A DNA stretch of 64,000 nt from Octopus sinensis. Lineage: Eukaryota. This document shows positions 13,320 to 25,580 of this stretch, piece by piece; within the stretch, counting starts at the first letter, position 1, and every line of letters begins with the position of its first letter. The position numbers and the translations under genes are program-made. The DNA lies in the NCBI RefSeq assembly GCF_006345805.1, contig NC_042997.1:205096001-205160000 (forward strand), read 5' to 3'. The notes under the pieces are model-generated. The model saw nothing but the letters and a program-made list of their open reading frames with translations, ran no database searches and was not told where the DNA came from.

Positions 13320-13364
13320 TTATTATTATAATTTTAGTATTATTATTATAATTTTAGTATTATT

Positions 13365-13399
<35 letters not shown>

Positions 13400-13462
13400 T
13401 ATTTTTATTAATATTATAATTATTATTATCATTATTATTATTATTATTATTTTTATTATAAT
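12910..13462. repeat. Compound trinucleotide microsatellite (TAC/TAG/CAC/TAT/CAT)
   Basis: Directly visible. Explains ORFs 12742..13227, 13010..13204 and 13326..13568. Confidence 0.95.
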
Positions 13463-13464
13463 TG

Positions 13465-14010
13465 AGTGAGAGAATAGTGCTTGCCATCAAAGTGACACTG
13501 GGGTAAAATATACGGAGCCCAGTATACCCATCATGACTACCCGTCTGATAAGGGTACACCAGGCACATGCATCACAAACGTATGTGCGCGACATGATGAT
13601 CTCATATCAAGATAAACAACGCATGACCTTGCAGGTGGGGCCCAGTTAGAATTTTCTTCTGGTCGAGTAACCCATCCCGTTCAAAAGGTCCCTGAATAAG
13701 GATTGTTTATGGATGTGGAGTGAACCACCCATGTTTCCAAAAGTGAATTGTCCAAACCTTTAACAATTCCTTTCAACACATGTCCATGATGCTCCCCCAC
13801 TATTTCTGCTCGTGATCAGAGATGCACATATCGTCAGCCACTAAGGGAAATGCTCAAGTGGTTAAAGTCAAACAACTGACAAGCATATCCTGTGGTTTGA
13901 CTAGAATATTTGCTGTGACCCATCTTTTATACCAAGAAAAAACATGTACATGATAACACTTCCAATCACTTAAGATGAGAAGCCATGAACGCCACTGACT
14001 GCTACTGTCA
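13465..14010. mobile_element. ~550-bp interspersed repeat (SINE-like), duplicated at 27888..28430
   Basis: gtgagagaatagtgcttgccatcaaagtgacactgggg...gccatgaacgccactg matches 27888..28430 colinearly. I recall it as a common octopus repeat. Confidence 0.65.
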
Positions 14011-14079
14011 TTATCATCATCGTCGTCGTCATCATCATCATCATCATCATCAATATCATCAATATCATCATCATCATTA

Positions 14080-14420
14080 TAGCCTCTGCCTTAACTAAGG
14101 CGGAGGTATTGTTTTCAGTCGTGTTTGTTTGTCCGTGGAAAAGATATCTCAAGAACTGCTGGATGGATTCGGATGAAACTTTCAGGGATGTTTAGTCTCG
14201 TGACTAGCACGAGCTGATAAGACTTTCTGATCGGTCCGGGACCGAACAAGGATTCTGGATCATTTGTTATATTTACTTTACTTTACATGAAGTATTACGA
14301 TCTTATTTTAACCTTCAAGTCTTTCTCTGATTATCTCCCTTGAAAGCGTGCTTATCGTTGCCCCGTAAGTCATGGCGGCGTTGCTGTTTCCAAAGATTTA
14401 TTTTCACTTCTCTATTATTA
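14080..14420 (+). mobile_element. Helentron-associated non-autonomous (HINE/DINE-like) element, duplicated at 28500..28820
   Basis: Starts with the palindrome cctctgcctt-aact-aaggcggagg, followed by tgtttgtttgtcc and ggatggattcggatgaaactttcaggg, a HINE-like 5' layout. Confidence 0.55.
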
Positions 14421-14579
14421 GTTTTACTCTGTCTTAGTAGAAACTGAGGGATAAAGAATTTAAACTAAATAAACCGCAGCAAAACTGTGTAGAAATGAAA
14501 TATGACTAGCATTTTCAGAAACAATAATAAACTTAATTTATCCTCAACATTTTTTAGTTTTGCCAGTTTTTAATATATC

Positions 14580-17200
14580 GCTCCTTAGATGTGTTGTCTA
14601 TTCTGTATTTCATGTAATTCGTTTTTAATGCTTACACTTGGGAAGCGCAGATTAGAGCCTCCGTTTCAGGTCTTAAATCACATTCTGTCATCCTTAGTAA
14701 TCTTTTGTCTCTCTCTGCCCTATTTTCAAATATCCCTATCAAATTGTGCATGCATTATTTTCTTTATCCACCTATTTTCAGTCGCATTCATTCTCAAATC
14801 CTTGGACAGGGCTCCATTTTTGCAATCTTCCATCTTACACAAGCCTGACCTTCTTAATTTCAATTAAAGCGGTTCTGTGGCATCTTTTACACACCATATT
14901 ATGTTGCTTACTTTTGCTCTAATGCTGTGTTCGCATCCAATCAGTCCTCTTCTCCCACATTTTCTTGGTACATACAATCTGTCTGTGTCACTTTTTGGGT
15001 TGAGTAACCCCTATCTAGTTAGCAACGTCCTTGTTTTTCTTCATAAGCTATTTAGTTTGTCTACTGCCCATGCGATTACCCCTACTCCATATCTGAGGAG
15101 TGAAACCGCCCAGGTATTGATAGATTCAATCTTATTCCTTGCGTTTGAATTCGAATTAAGGATCAGACTCAGTCTGCACAAGTACTTCTCCTTAAATTTT
15201 ACTCTCATTTCCTTCTCCATCATTTTATCCATTTCCAATATCCTCAAGTACTTATAGCACGTCTCTTCTATCTGCTTCATAACCTCCCCCGACGGTATCG
15301 ATTGCCCATCCATACATATGATTTTGCCTCTACTCAAGTCTAACACACCACACATTCTAAATCCAAACTTCATTTTGATATCAGCACTGACGGTATATAC
15401 CGTACCAACGAGGGAACTGACTTAGGCTTCATCTTTACCATAAAATTTGACGTCATCCATGAATAACAAATGGTTGACTTCTTTTGGCGGATTTTGAATA
15501 CATACCCAGCCTTTGCTTTCCTCACAATCAGTGTTAGTTGTATCATGCACATTACAAAGATCAGTGGGGACAGGTAGTCCCCTTGGAAGATGCCTCACCT
15601 GATTTCTATTGTCCTTAAACTTCTTCCATATGCTGTCAGTTCCGTCCTCCACTTCGCCCTATTTTTCCAAGCAATCGCTCAACATTCGATGGAATACCAA
15701 GTAGGTTCATACATTCTATAATCCAAGAATGTAGGACCATGTAGTACGCCTTACGATAATTGATCCATGACATGGCTAAGTTACTCTTCTTCCACTTATA
15801 GTCCCTAAGTACAGTTTTGTTTATCAGAAGTTGATCCTTGGTACCAGATGTCCGTACACTGATTCTGCGAGTAATCCAGTCAATAATTCCCACGTAAGTG
15901 GTTAGCAGGATATCGGCCTGTAATTGTTTACCGTATTGCCTTTTTCGATGATTTCAAGCACAGCACTGTCCTACCCAATGTCAACCAGTGTAGTGTTACT
16001 TTGTCGGTATTTAATAAGGAGTTGAGTTGTGCAGCTATTCGGGCATGACATACACCAAATCTTTTAATCCAGTAGCCTTCAACTCGATCTAGTCCCGGGG
16101 CCTTCAATTTGCCCATTTTGTTTCTGATTCTTTCACTTCCTTAAATGAAATGCCTTTGTTCTGCCTGTTTTGGACAGACTACTGTTGATTCAGTTATTGC
16201 AACCGTTCAGCATCCTTCTTGTGTTCCTTGTCTTTGCACCAGATGTCACTCCAAAACCTTTCACTTTCAATGTTATCTGGTACTAACTTTTCATTTGTAC
16301 ACTCACCATTTATTTCTTTGTAGAATCTCTTTTGATCTACTCTGAATAACCTATTCCGCTGGTATCTTTCCACTCTTTGGTCGTATCTTCCCATCTTTGC
16401 TTTCTTTGCAACGATGCGCTGTTTCAGTTCCTCCATGACCACTCACAGGCCCTTTCTTTCAATATTATATTTCCTGTTCAGTGCCCTCTATTTCTGTTCG
16501 CTTTTAAACTCTCCCCTTCTCTTTTTGGTCAAAGTCGGAAATGTCCTTCCAGAGCATATCTAACCCCACCTGTATTCTTCTTTTCCACCATGGATCTTTT
16601 CTTTTCTCACTCCCATTGTATTTATTTTTCGTGTCATCAACACCCACATTTTCTCCTACAACAATATTCGCTGCCCTGATCAAATTATTTGTTTCTGTGA
16701 GTTTTTTTTTATTCTGATGTCATATCACCATTAGTTTTATTGTCTCCTTCCAAGCCATCTATATGTCTCTTATCGAGCACGCTATCATTGTTGCTTTCTT
16801 GTGGTTTATTAGAGATTTCGCACCATTTCTTCTGCTATGGGATTACTTTTATCAGTAGGAACTGTATTTTCATCGTTTGCTCTGCTGCTGTTTTCCAAAA
16901 CCGGTCTTTCGATAGCTTCGAGCTCTATCTCTGCGAATCAACAATTTCTACTTATTGCTCTAGCTTGATTACATAAACTCTGTTCCTTGAGTTGAAACAA
17001 TCCTCTTTCTCTCCATTCACCATACGTTGTCGTTATCCTCCTAATATGAACACCATTTTCCTCTACAGAGTTGCTCAGGTAGTAACACTCCATGACCACA
17101 GCATTGACTTGTTAGTTCCATCTACGTCGTGTGTGCTGGTCCATTTTTTCATTGTCACTCATGTAAGGTAGTGATTATCATGTTGCGCAATTACCAGAGT
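14580..17200 (-). mobile_element. Degenerate R4/Dong-clade RLE non-LTR retrotransposon (N-term, RT, thumb)
   Basis: Fragments KLKAPGLDRVEGYWIKRF, GTKDQLLINK, WINYRKAYYMVLHSWI, NHLLFMDDVKFY, MKFGFRMC, INTWAVSLLRYGVGVIAW, PETEALICASQ. Many stops. Confidence 0.85.
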
Positions 17201-18244
17201 GTTTGTTGAGACACTATCACTACATGTATCATCAATCAAGACATGGGAAGATTCCAATCACTTCCTTCAATGTTATCATTATCATCACTGCTCTTGTTAT
17301 TATTACTATTATATGTTTGGCGTTTGCTTTGTATTTGTACAAGTTGACTCCAAGTCTCACCCACAGACCTCAATTTGAAGTTCAACTTGGTATTATGACC
17401 AACATGCCATATTTTTGATTATGCACTGAATGTAGTAATACCTCCCTTTACAGGGACCCGCTTTACGAGTTTTATATTTCAAGCACAAGATCCAAATTTT
17501 CAACGAATTGCGAAAGTTTCTACTTCCATAACAAATGCTTCTGTACGTTGCCCTGAAATTTATAGGCAGCAAAAGAAAGCATCTACAAAGCAAACAATTC
17601 TCGACTTGTTTTTAAAAAGAAATCTACAAGTCCGTCGACGAGTGCTTATGAATCACGATTGCGCCTACAAGTGAGAAGGTGTGCACGAGTCTAGTACGAG
17701 TGAAAGTAATTCAGACAACGATTATAATAATATTTTTTATTATAAATGATCTTGACATGTTTGTACTTTACATAAAATATTCTTTACATGTTACTGTTGT
17801 TTTATTGTCATTTATTTACGAGTTTTATAAATTTTATAAGTAAAATATTTTGTTCTGGGAACGAATTACGATTTATAACATTACTACTAATGGGAAATTA
17901 TTGCTCTGTTTTACGAGTTTTCGTTTTACGAGAAAGATCCTTTTGTATTGTTTTAGAGAATGTCTGTCAAAATATAAGTAAATTAGAAGTTTATTTTCAA
18001 AGAAATTTGATCATAAGGTGATATTCTGATGTTAAGGTGACAGTAAAAGGTGTTTGCTGTTATGTACATTTAGAAGTATTTTCACACTGTTTACGAATTA
18101 AAATGTTTTGGGGAATTACATAGACAATATTTTACGTAGCATATGAATAGTTCCTATGAGCACTATTTTCAGAAATTCTTACTTTTTTTTTTATTTCTAT
18201 CTAAGATGGGTAGTAATCAGCCCCTTTTGCTGTTATTCCTGGCC

Positions 18245-18510
18245 ACCGATCACAAAGGTATTGTTTTAGTCTTGAGGATCCACGTTTTGCCAATTTCTAT
18301 TTCAAGATCTTTATACTTGCCCAGTGTTTGGTAAGTCTTGACACATACATTTATGCTGATTAAGAAAATCATATCAATGGGGAGGCATGACATTTGTCTG
18401 AAATTCTCCAATATAATGTCTGGCCTATTCGCGTCTATCTTTCTGTCAGTTTGAACGGTGAAGTTCCAAAGGTATGCTATAAGGTATGCGGTGAGGTTCC
18501 ATAGAAACTT
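18245..18510 (-). mobile_element. R4/Dong-like RLE domain fragment
   Basis: WNFTVQTDRKIDANRPDII..IDM..KTYQTLGKYKDLEIEIGKTW; same family as 63007..63686. Confidence 0.8.
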
Positions 18511-18905
18511 CCAAGTCCCTGACAATGGGCCTGATTAACTGAGAAGGATCGTTGTCAATTATATCCTGGATCTCATCAACAAATTCAGGATGTCTTTTTG
18601 TTCTCATCAAAATGATCAGAGTGTAGATTCCGAGCTGTCGTACCTTCGCAATCACCATTAGACTCATCCAACTCCTTCCCAATCCTCTGCCCTCTCCTCA
18701 GATTCACACTAAAATCTTTGTAGTGGAGATTCCGGCGCGAATGCCAAGCAGTACAGCATGTCGTTTCTAAATTTCTGACAGAGTGAATTGTGTCATGGTG
18801 CCCAACTGACCCTACTATATTGTGTAGTCGACAAAATCCCCCAAAACAATGCGCATGCGCAAAATTTAAGTGATTAAATGGCGACAATTTACCCATCGTA
18901 CTCTG
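18510..18905 (-). mobile_element. Mariner 5' fragment (terminal region + HTH start)
   Basis: RHPEFVDEIQDIIDNDPSQLIRPIVRDLEVS resembles the N-terminal HTH of the mariner family seen at 2225..2800. Confidence 0.6.
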
Positions 18906-19083
18906 TATATGAATTTGACGCATGCATGGAAATATGAACATATGAATATATGTATGGGTATACGCATATATAAACTAGCTGCGCCTTCCTGTGAATGTAT
19001 AGCCTATGGTACAATATGCACGGTATACTTGCAGATAACATATAAATCTACGAATAATATATTTTTTAATATTATTTTGTTGA

Positions 19084-21279
19084 TTAAAAGAGATGAGATT
19101 CATTCTCTTCTTCATATGATTTGATTGTTTCAACGATTTTATCTGACAGGGTTATATCAAGAACAAATCTAGTGTTCATTATCGACAAAAGATTCGGTAT
19201 CAAAGACGTCATTAATATCAGAGTAATCCTTGTGAACGCTGATAAGTCCAAGTCTTCTCGACTTATTATATTGTTGCAAGCAAAGAAAAAAGATACGATT
19301 AGAAACAGTTTTACAATGGATTTACCAATCTCGAATCTCAATGGAAAACGACGGTTAACAATTGTCTTAAACAAACTGGCATTTATGAATTCTTCTCCAT
19401 ATTTTGTCTGAACTAAATTTGGACGAAAAATGTTCGTGAGCTTTACAGAATTAAATATTACCGATTGATACTGCTTCATGATGGCGTTCACAATTGTAAC
19501 GCCATACACGAAAAACATGGCAGCAAACCATACGTCACCGACATTATCAGGTTTAGCCAGTACGGAGATACCTATTGTAAATATATAGGAGCATAGAACT
19601 TCCATAGTTACAACAAAAATGTACATTGAAGAAAGTTCCCATAATATACAAAACGGTAAGGATAGAAAAGTTAGAACTGCAGCAACAATCTTAAAAATAT
19701 AATTTGGATTTTCATAGAGAGGGAAAATATAAACTCTAGAATAACTTAATGGTAAAGTCGGAATCAAATAAACAAATGGGATTCCGTAATACACGATGCA
19801 CAGAAATAATTCACACATACAAAATGCAGAAAATAAAATTGTAATGGAAAGAAAGAGCCAAAGTGTAATGAATTTCCAGAAAATATTTCTTCCGTAGAAA
19901 TATAACCAAATTTTCTTTATACGATTAATCCAAGTATGAATTATTAAATACCAGAAATTTGGGTTTAAAGCAGTAGAAATATTAGCTTTCATTATTGCAT
20001 AGAGTTGATCATAATCCTGTAGAGTAGAAACATCTAAACTGCCATACTTCTCTAATAATCTAATATTTTGAATGAGAAACGTGCAAGTGGATCTTTGATG
20101 TAATGTATTATAAGCGATAGTCTCACTTGTTCGACTGGGAAGAACGAAGAGGATAAAGTTGAAAGATACGTAACAGATAAACCACACAAAGGGACCACCA
20201 AATAAGCCATCAGTATTCTCATAACTTTCTGGGATTCCTAATATTAAGGCGCGATGTCCCAATGGTATACCATCTTGGTAAAGAATTTCTATTGTTTCAT
20301 ATAAAACGAAGTAATGCATCAAAAGATCCAGGAAAATTATTGAAAGAGGAAATAGAATAAATAAGAATCTTCTTAGTCTTGAGGCAAAGAATGTGGAATG
20401 GTGAAAGCAAAATAACCAGGACAGAATATCAGTGAAATTGTAAGTATTATGGTTTTCGTTGATCCATTCTAATTTGTATGGCAATGTGTTTTGATGGGAA
20501 AATGAAGGTAATTTAGCTTTTGATACAAAACTAATAAACAATGGGAAATATGCGCATAAAACTGCTGCGACGATATTTTCAAGATTTGCAAACATACTGA
20601 CGTTAATATTACTTCCAGCACAAATGGATTTTGGATGATAAACATAGCTTTCATTTTTATGGAGTTCGCAGCAATATTTCTTCAGCAAATTCCGATTCAT
20701 ACCAATTCTTCTGTAAGCTTCAAATGAGAAAGGATTGTTTTTCTTCATGTCTTGAGATAAATTTATAAAAAAACACATGTATCCAGATTTTCCCATTATC
20801 GATTTTTGTATAAATACGAATCTTTTCAATTCTTCGAATATCAAATATATTATATCGCGTCTTTGAATATTTTGTTTTGTACAATTTATATCGATATCAA
20901 TTCTTGGATTAGCAATGTAGACATTTAACAAATTCAAAGAGTAAATTGAAAAATCAAAGAAGAAATTTTTATATGCTATTAAACCGTCTGGTTCATCTGG
21001 AATCCAGGTAAAGAGTCTCGCGTTTGCAAAATAATCCAATGGTACAGGATTAAGAAGGTCATCAAGTGTCTTGTTTGATAAATGGACTTCAAAATTGAAA
21101 ACCTTTTTTCCCAATTTTACTAAACGAGATAAAATCTTCGTTACACTGGGTGGGATTTTCATTTCGCAATCATTGTCGAGTTCCTTCGCATTGATGTTTA
21201 GTGATGTCAGTGTGATAATAAGAATGATTGAAAGAATAAGAGAACTGGTTGCTGTTATTGTCATCTGCATGGCAGCCAT
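19084..21279 (-). CDS. Paralog B: uncharacterised 731-aa signal peptide + Cys-rich ectodomain + ~9-10 TM membrane protein, single-exon CDS
   Basis: Uninterrupted 2196-nt ORF in repeat-rich DNA. Hydrophobic N-terminus ending LNINA-KE, six ectodomain Cys, five N-glycosylation sequons (NKT, NCT, NLS, NES, NVS), many hydrophobic segments after NIVAAVLCAYFPL. Colinear with paralog C. Confidence 0.9.
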   Translation of the reverse strand: MAAMQMTITATSSLILSIILIITLTSLNINAKELDNDCEMKIPPSVTKILSRLVKLGKKVFNFEVHLSNKTLDDLLNPVPLDYFANARLFTWIPDEPDGLIAYKNFFFDFSIYSLNLLNVYIANPRIDIDINCTKQNIQRRDIIYLIFEELKRFVFIQKSIMGKSGYMCFFINLSQDMKKNNPFSFEAYRRIGMNRNLLKKYCCELHKNESYVYHPKSICAGSNINVSMFANLENIVAAVLCAYFPLFISFVSKAKLPSFSHQNTLPYKLEWINENHNTYNFTDILSWLFCFHHSTFFASRLRRFLFILFPLSIIFLDLLMHYFVLYETIEILYQDGIPLGHRALILGIPESYENTDGLFGGPFVWFICYVSFNFILFVLPSRTSETIAYNTLHQRSTCTFLIQNIRLLEKYGSLDVSTLQDYDQLYAIMKANISTALNPNFWYLIIHTWINRIKKIWLYFYGRNIFWKFITLWLFLSITILFSAFCMCELFLCIVYYGIPFVYLIPTLPLSYSRVYIFPLYENPNYIFKIVAAVLTFLSLPFCILWELSSMYIFVVTMEVLCSYIFTIGISVLAKPDNVGDVWFAAMFFVYGVTIVNAIMKQYQSVIFNSVKLTNIFRPNLVQTKYGEEFINASLFKTIVNRRFPLRFEIGKSIVKLFLIVSFFFACNNIISREDLDLSAFTRITLILMTSLIPNLLSIMNTRFVLDITLSDKIVETIKSYEEENESHLF

Positions 21280-21289
21280 ATTTCGTTAT

Positions 21290-21305
21290 CTGTAATTAAA
21301 AAAAT
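21290..21305 (-). promoter_or_regulatory. 3' splice acceptor 10 nt upstream of the paralog B ATG
   Basis: Minus strand ttttttaattacAG|ataacgaaatATG. Same arrangement in A (AG at 467-466) and C (AG at 32089-32090). Confidence 0.7.
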
Positions 21306-23236
21306 GGAATGCATAAAATAATGAAGATTAGTTATAGGTTCATTACTCCATAGATATTCAAACAGAAAATATTTATTATAAAACTGAAAGTAATAATGAA
21401 GAACCATTTTAGTTACATTTTTGTGTAACAATTCGAAACGAGGAAGATTTATTTTAAACCGGATGTAAAAACTACAGGAGAAGGTAGAAACAGTGATAAC
21501 CACAGCCACAACATTCAAGCAAAGCCATCGAAAGCTTCATGAGTTACAAGGAAAACTGACGTCAAGGAATCGCCACTCCTGTTGCAAGCTGACAATTTCT
21601 CACAAAACAAAGAAGCCACCATCACTACCACCACCACAAACACTATCTCGTCAATGTAAGATCTATTTTTGCCCCATCAAACAATGATATCCTAATCGCC
21701 ATTATGACTTTTGTGGCAGGTCAATCCGTTAGTATACAGACCAATAGGTCATGTAAGCGCAAAAACTGAGTCATTTTTCACTGCAGTGAAGATATCAGCA
21801 AAGATTGATTTAAAAATGTAATGGCTATCACAGTTGAAGAAAATGGTAACCAAAGCAGAGCCTACAGAACATAGTAGATGCGTGGTAACCTACAGTTGCA
21901 CAAAGCAAAAAAGAAGGTGAGTGGAAAAACCAATTCCAGTCCATGTAGAAAGGTGCCTGAAATTTGTTCAGAGTCAAAGTACTTTTAGCACTCGTGGCAG
22001 ACAATGCAGTACGGTCTATGTCAGAGTTTCTACATACATCGAAGCAAGAAACTCTCTCAAAAGTGAGGAATTAATCCTAAAATCCTCATGTCGTTGCCGA
22101 TGCTATGTGAAGGTAAGAGCAGCAGACGTGATGTCAGAAATTAACATTTGATTAATGGTAACGGCTGTATTGGCAGACATTGAAGAAGAGCACTAAATCA
22201 GCTAGAACGGGGCGGAGGGCGAGGTCCGTCCCAGGCGGCATTTTTATGGGGGTATGCTGTAGGCTATAAGCCTGTACAGGCTGTACTGAAATCAAATAAT
22301 ATTGGTTTTAAGGGAGTTGGACACAACGCACCGTTAAATGCAACAATCGATATACACACTGTGCAATGTATATTCTTGTCGGAGTCCGGGGACTGCAAAT
22401 TGAAGGGCTACTCTGGGTAGCACACACTTTAGCTATAGCACTGAAGAGGTACCTCATATAACCGAAGGGCACACGGTAAGCAGGAAGAACTGCTTTTCCG
22501 ACTCCTACGCTTTAGATGTCGGAGATTCCGAATACGTGAAAAAAAAAAGTTCGAAGAATAAGGAGAAATAAGTTCGTTCTAATTACGTCGTTGAGCCGGC
22601 ATTTTCTTTACAGCGAATTGTGAATCAGGACTAGCAGTTATCGTCAAAGGAGAATGATGAATTCTTTGTGTTGCAGCAGCTTTTCAGCAACCCACACATA
22701 GAAGAAAGTATTTAATAGGCGTTTTATGAAATTATCCTATAGCAGCTGTTGCCCGGACATGAAGAGTATCGTTACACGTGATGAATACCAAGAGCCTAAA
22801 TCCAGTTGTAACTGTCGCAACCCAGGGTCCTGTCCACTTGACCAACGATGTATGATTGAATTTGTCATATATGATGCAGAAGTTACTGCTACGCTAAATG
22901 TTAATACAACTGATAAGAAAACCTATATTGGACTATGTGAAGGGGAATTTAAAAAATCGCTATGCTAATCACATAGCCTCTTTCCGACATAAGGACAAAA
23001 GCAAAGCTATTAAGTTGGCTAGCCATGTATGTAGTTTGAAAGCTACCGAAACACCATATGTGATTAGGTGGAAACTAATTGAGAAATCCATACCTTATGT
23101 TAATGGATCAAATACCTGTAGGCTATGTTTAGCTGAAAGAGCTCAGAGCTTTTTCAGATCTGAGGTCCCTAACGCAGCGATAGGCAAAATATGTATGAAT
23201 ATAGTTTTGTAAATGTATGTATAAATATATATATAG

Positions 23237-23407
23237 AGGAGTTGTTGTGTGGTAAGTAACTTGCTTATGAATCACATGGTTTCGGGTTCAGTCCCACTGC
23301 GTGGCATCATGGGCAGGTTTCTTCTACTATAGCCTCGGGCCGACCAATGCCTTGTGAGTGGATTTGGTAGACGGAAACTGAAACAAGCCCGTCGTAATAA
23401 ACGTATA

Positions 23408-23506
<99 letters not shown>

Positions 23507-23610
23507 GTATGTGTATGTATGTGTGTGTATATGTTTACATGTTTGTATTTATCCCCTCAACATCCCTTGACAACCGATGGTGGTGGTGTGTTTAAGTCAC
23601 CGTAACTTAT
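23237..23610 (+). mobile_element. tRNA-derived SINE family 2 (octopus type), 3'-truncated, internal (TA)n
   Basis: gtgtggtaag..catggtttcgggttcagtcccactgcgtggc..gtgagtggatttggtagacggaaactgaa, as in the copies at 40212, 58697, 37340 and 61838. Confidence 0.8.
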
Positions 23611-23697
23611 TATTTATAAGTGTAGGTGGTATACGAGTGAAGATAAATATCTTATATAGTGGCGTTTTCAAACTTCTTTTTTAGAAATACATATATA

Positions 23698-24086
23698 CTA
23701 GCAGTATCACCCGGTGATGCTTGGGTTTTTTTCGACACTTTAGAATTGAAATTTTTTAAAAGTAAAACTTTTGCATTATGCAACTTGTTATTCTCTTCAA
23801 GTGAACATTTTTCCAGTTGTAATACACCGAAAAATGGTGACACAGCAGAGAAAGATCTTAAAAAATAGGGATTTTCATAGAAAAAAAGCACCTTTTTTAT
23901 GTAAAGAATTTGTTGTGTTAACATGGTCCGATTTGAATTTTATCTTCTTCAGAATGAAGAGCAAGCCTTCTTCTATCATACTCTCAATTTTGGTCAACTT
24001 GCGCCGCAGCGTCTCGAAGGAGATGGTGTTAGTTGAAGGCTACCAAACTTGCCACACACAGACAACTTCAGCTTTATATATATAGA
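23698..24086 (-). mobile_element. 389-bp non-autonomous Helitron with canonical termini
   Basis: Minus strand A|TCTATATATATAAAGCTG... at 24086 and ...cccaagcatcaccgggtgatactgCTAG|T at 23698: TC/CTAG ends, subterminal hairpin-like segment, AT target. Confidence 0.75.
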
Positions 24087-25026
24087 TTTGCTACACACTA
24101 CTTTCCATCCTTAATAATGAAACTTGGTAGATCCAAAAGTTAAACACGCAGACACACACATAGATACACACACAGACACACAAGTTGAGTTTTATATATA
24201 TAGATTTCTCAATGGGGATTTCAGGGAGTCGCTGGTGATGTATCGTGATGATAAAAAATTCGGCCTGCTAAAATTTGGTTAAAGTGATTTAAACTGCAGA
24301 CTCAACGCAAAATGGTCACATTTAATTCAAAGCGTTAAAAATGTTATGAAAACAATTGGTATGTGTTCACAAAGTCCAAACGATTAGTACGAAAAAACCC
24401 ACCAGGCTACATCCCAAAAATTCATTTGTTTGCCGAATTTTTACAATGTTTACGGCGATTCGTTTTTATATCTTGATTTTTTAGTTTTCATGCAATTTAC
24501 ACATGCTTGCACGCGTGGTGAACACAGTTCACATCAAACAGCTGACTGAGGAAAATTCACTATTCAATGCATCGGATAAGGCCTAAACAAACACGTTATC
24601 GATTTTTGCACTTGCGAGATGAATTTCGGAACAGAAATAGCGCAGTTCAATTTTTATTCGCCTAAACTTTAAGTGACCCATTTTTGGTGGTTGTACGATT
24701 TGTCGGCTAGGAGGAGATATGCCTGGAAGTTAAACACACAGACACACAAGTTGAGTTTTATCATCATATATACATACACACGTCTAGACCTCTCATACGC
24801 ACTAATACTCTCTCATACACACACACACACTCTTCTCATACACACACACACACTCTATTATGTTTGAGCGGGGGTCATTCAACCCTATTATCTCCCCTAA
24901 TTTCGCTCTTGCGTCTCATGTTTGATCTTTGACTTCTGGCCGAAATCAGATCGCCATGTTGATTCGCTAGCTTTTGCACGCATATTTTTTTCTCTCCTTC
25001 TTTCTGTGTTTTTTTTTCTCTGTGTA

Positions 25027-25064
25027 TCTTTCTGTTGAAGAGCGTAGGCTCGAAACGTTAAAGA
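25027..25064 (+). ncRNA. Degenerate minimal hammerhead-like motif in a probable Penelope pLTR fragment
   Basis: TCTTT-CTGTTGA-A-GAGC gtag GCTC-GAAA-CGT-T-AAAGA. Stem I 5 bp, stem II 4 bp, palindromic ACGU stem III, but the core has A6>U and an extra A. Confidence 0.4.
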
Positions 25065-25192
25065 CTTGTTTCATTTATATTTCCTGATCGCCATACTAAT
25101 ACAATTGTTTGTTTGTATTCCACCTGCCTTTGTCTTTAGTTTATTTCCGTAAACCTGCCTTCGTCTTTTGTCTATTTTCATAAAGCTTACCG

Positions 25193-25244
<52 letters not shown>

Positions 25245-25580
25245 TATATATACACTTATATATATATATGTGCATATATATATATATATACACTTGTATA
25301 TATCAAGACCAAGAACCCATATTAAATATTCCTTCAGACCTACTACTAACTACCTGCTGAGCCTTCACAAAAGTAAAGGAGAGAGAGAGGCAGAAAATAA
25401 TGTCCCATATATTTGAAAACTATGGAAATATTTTAAAACCCATTTCATTTAATTTTTCCACAATTTAATTGTTTTTCAAGTTGAAAAAGTCGCTAAGTAA
25501 GGAACCGGTACTAAAATGTTCATGATAAAATTATTCTCGCATTTTCTACCTTGTCCTATTTTCCTTATATATATGTGTAA

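Noticed and set aside
19084-21279. Identity as a cephalopod chemotactile receptor (nAChR-like) or a classical GPCR
   Set aside because: No Cys-loop/4-TM layout, no DRY/NPxxY motifs, and too many hydrophobic segments.
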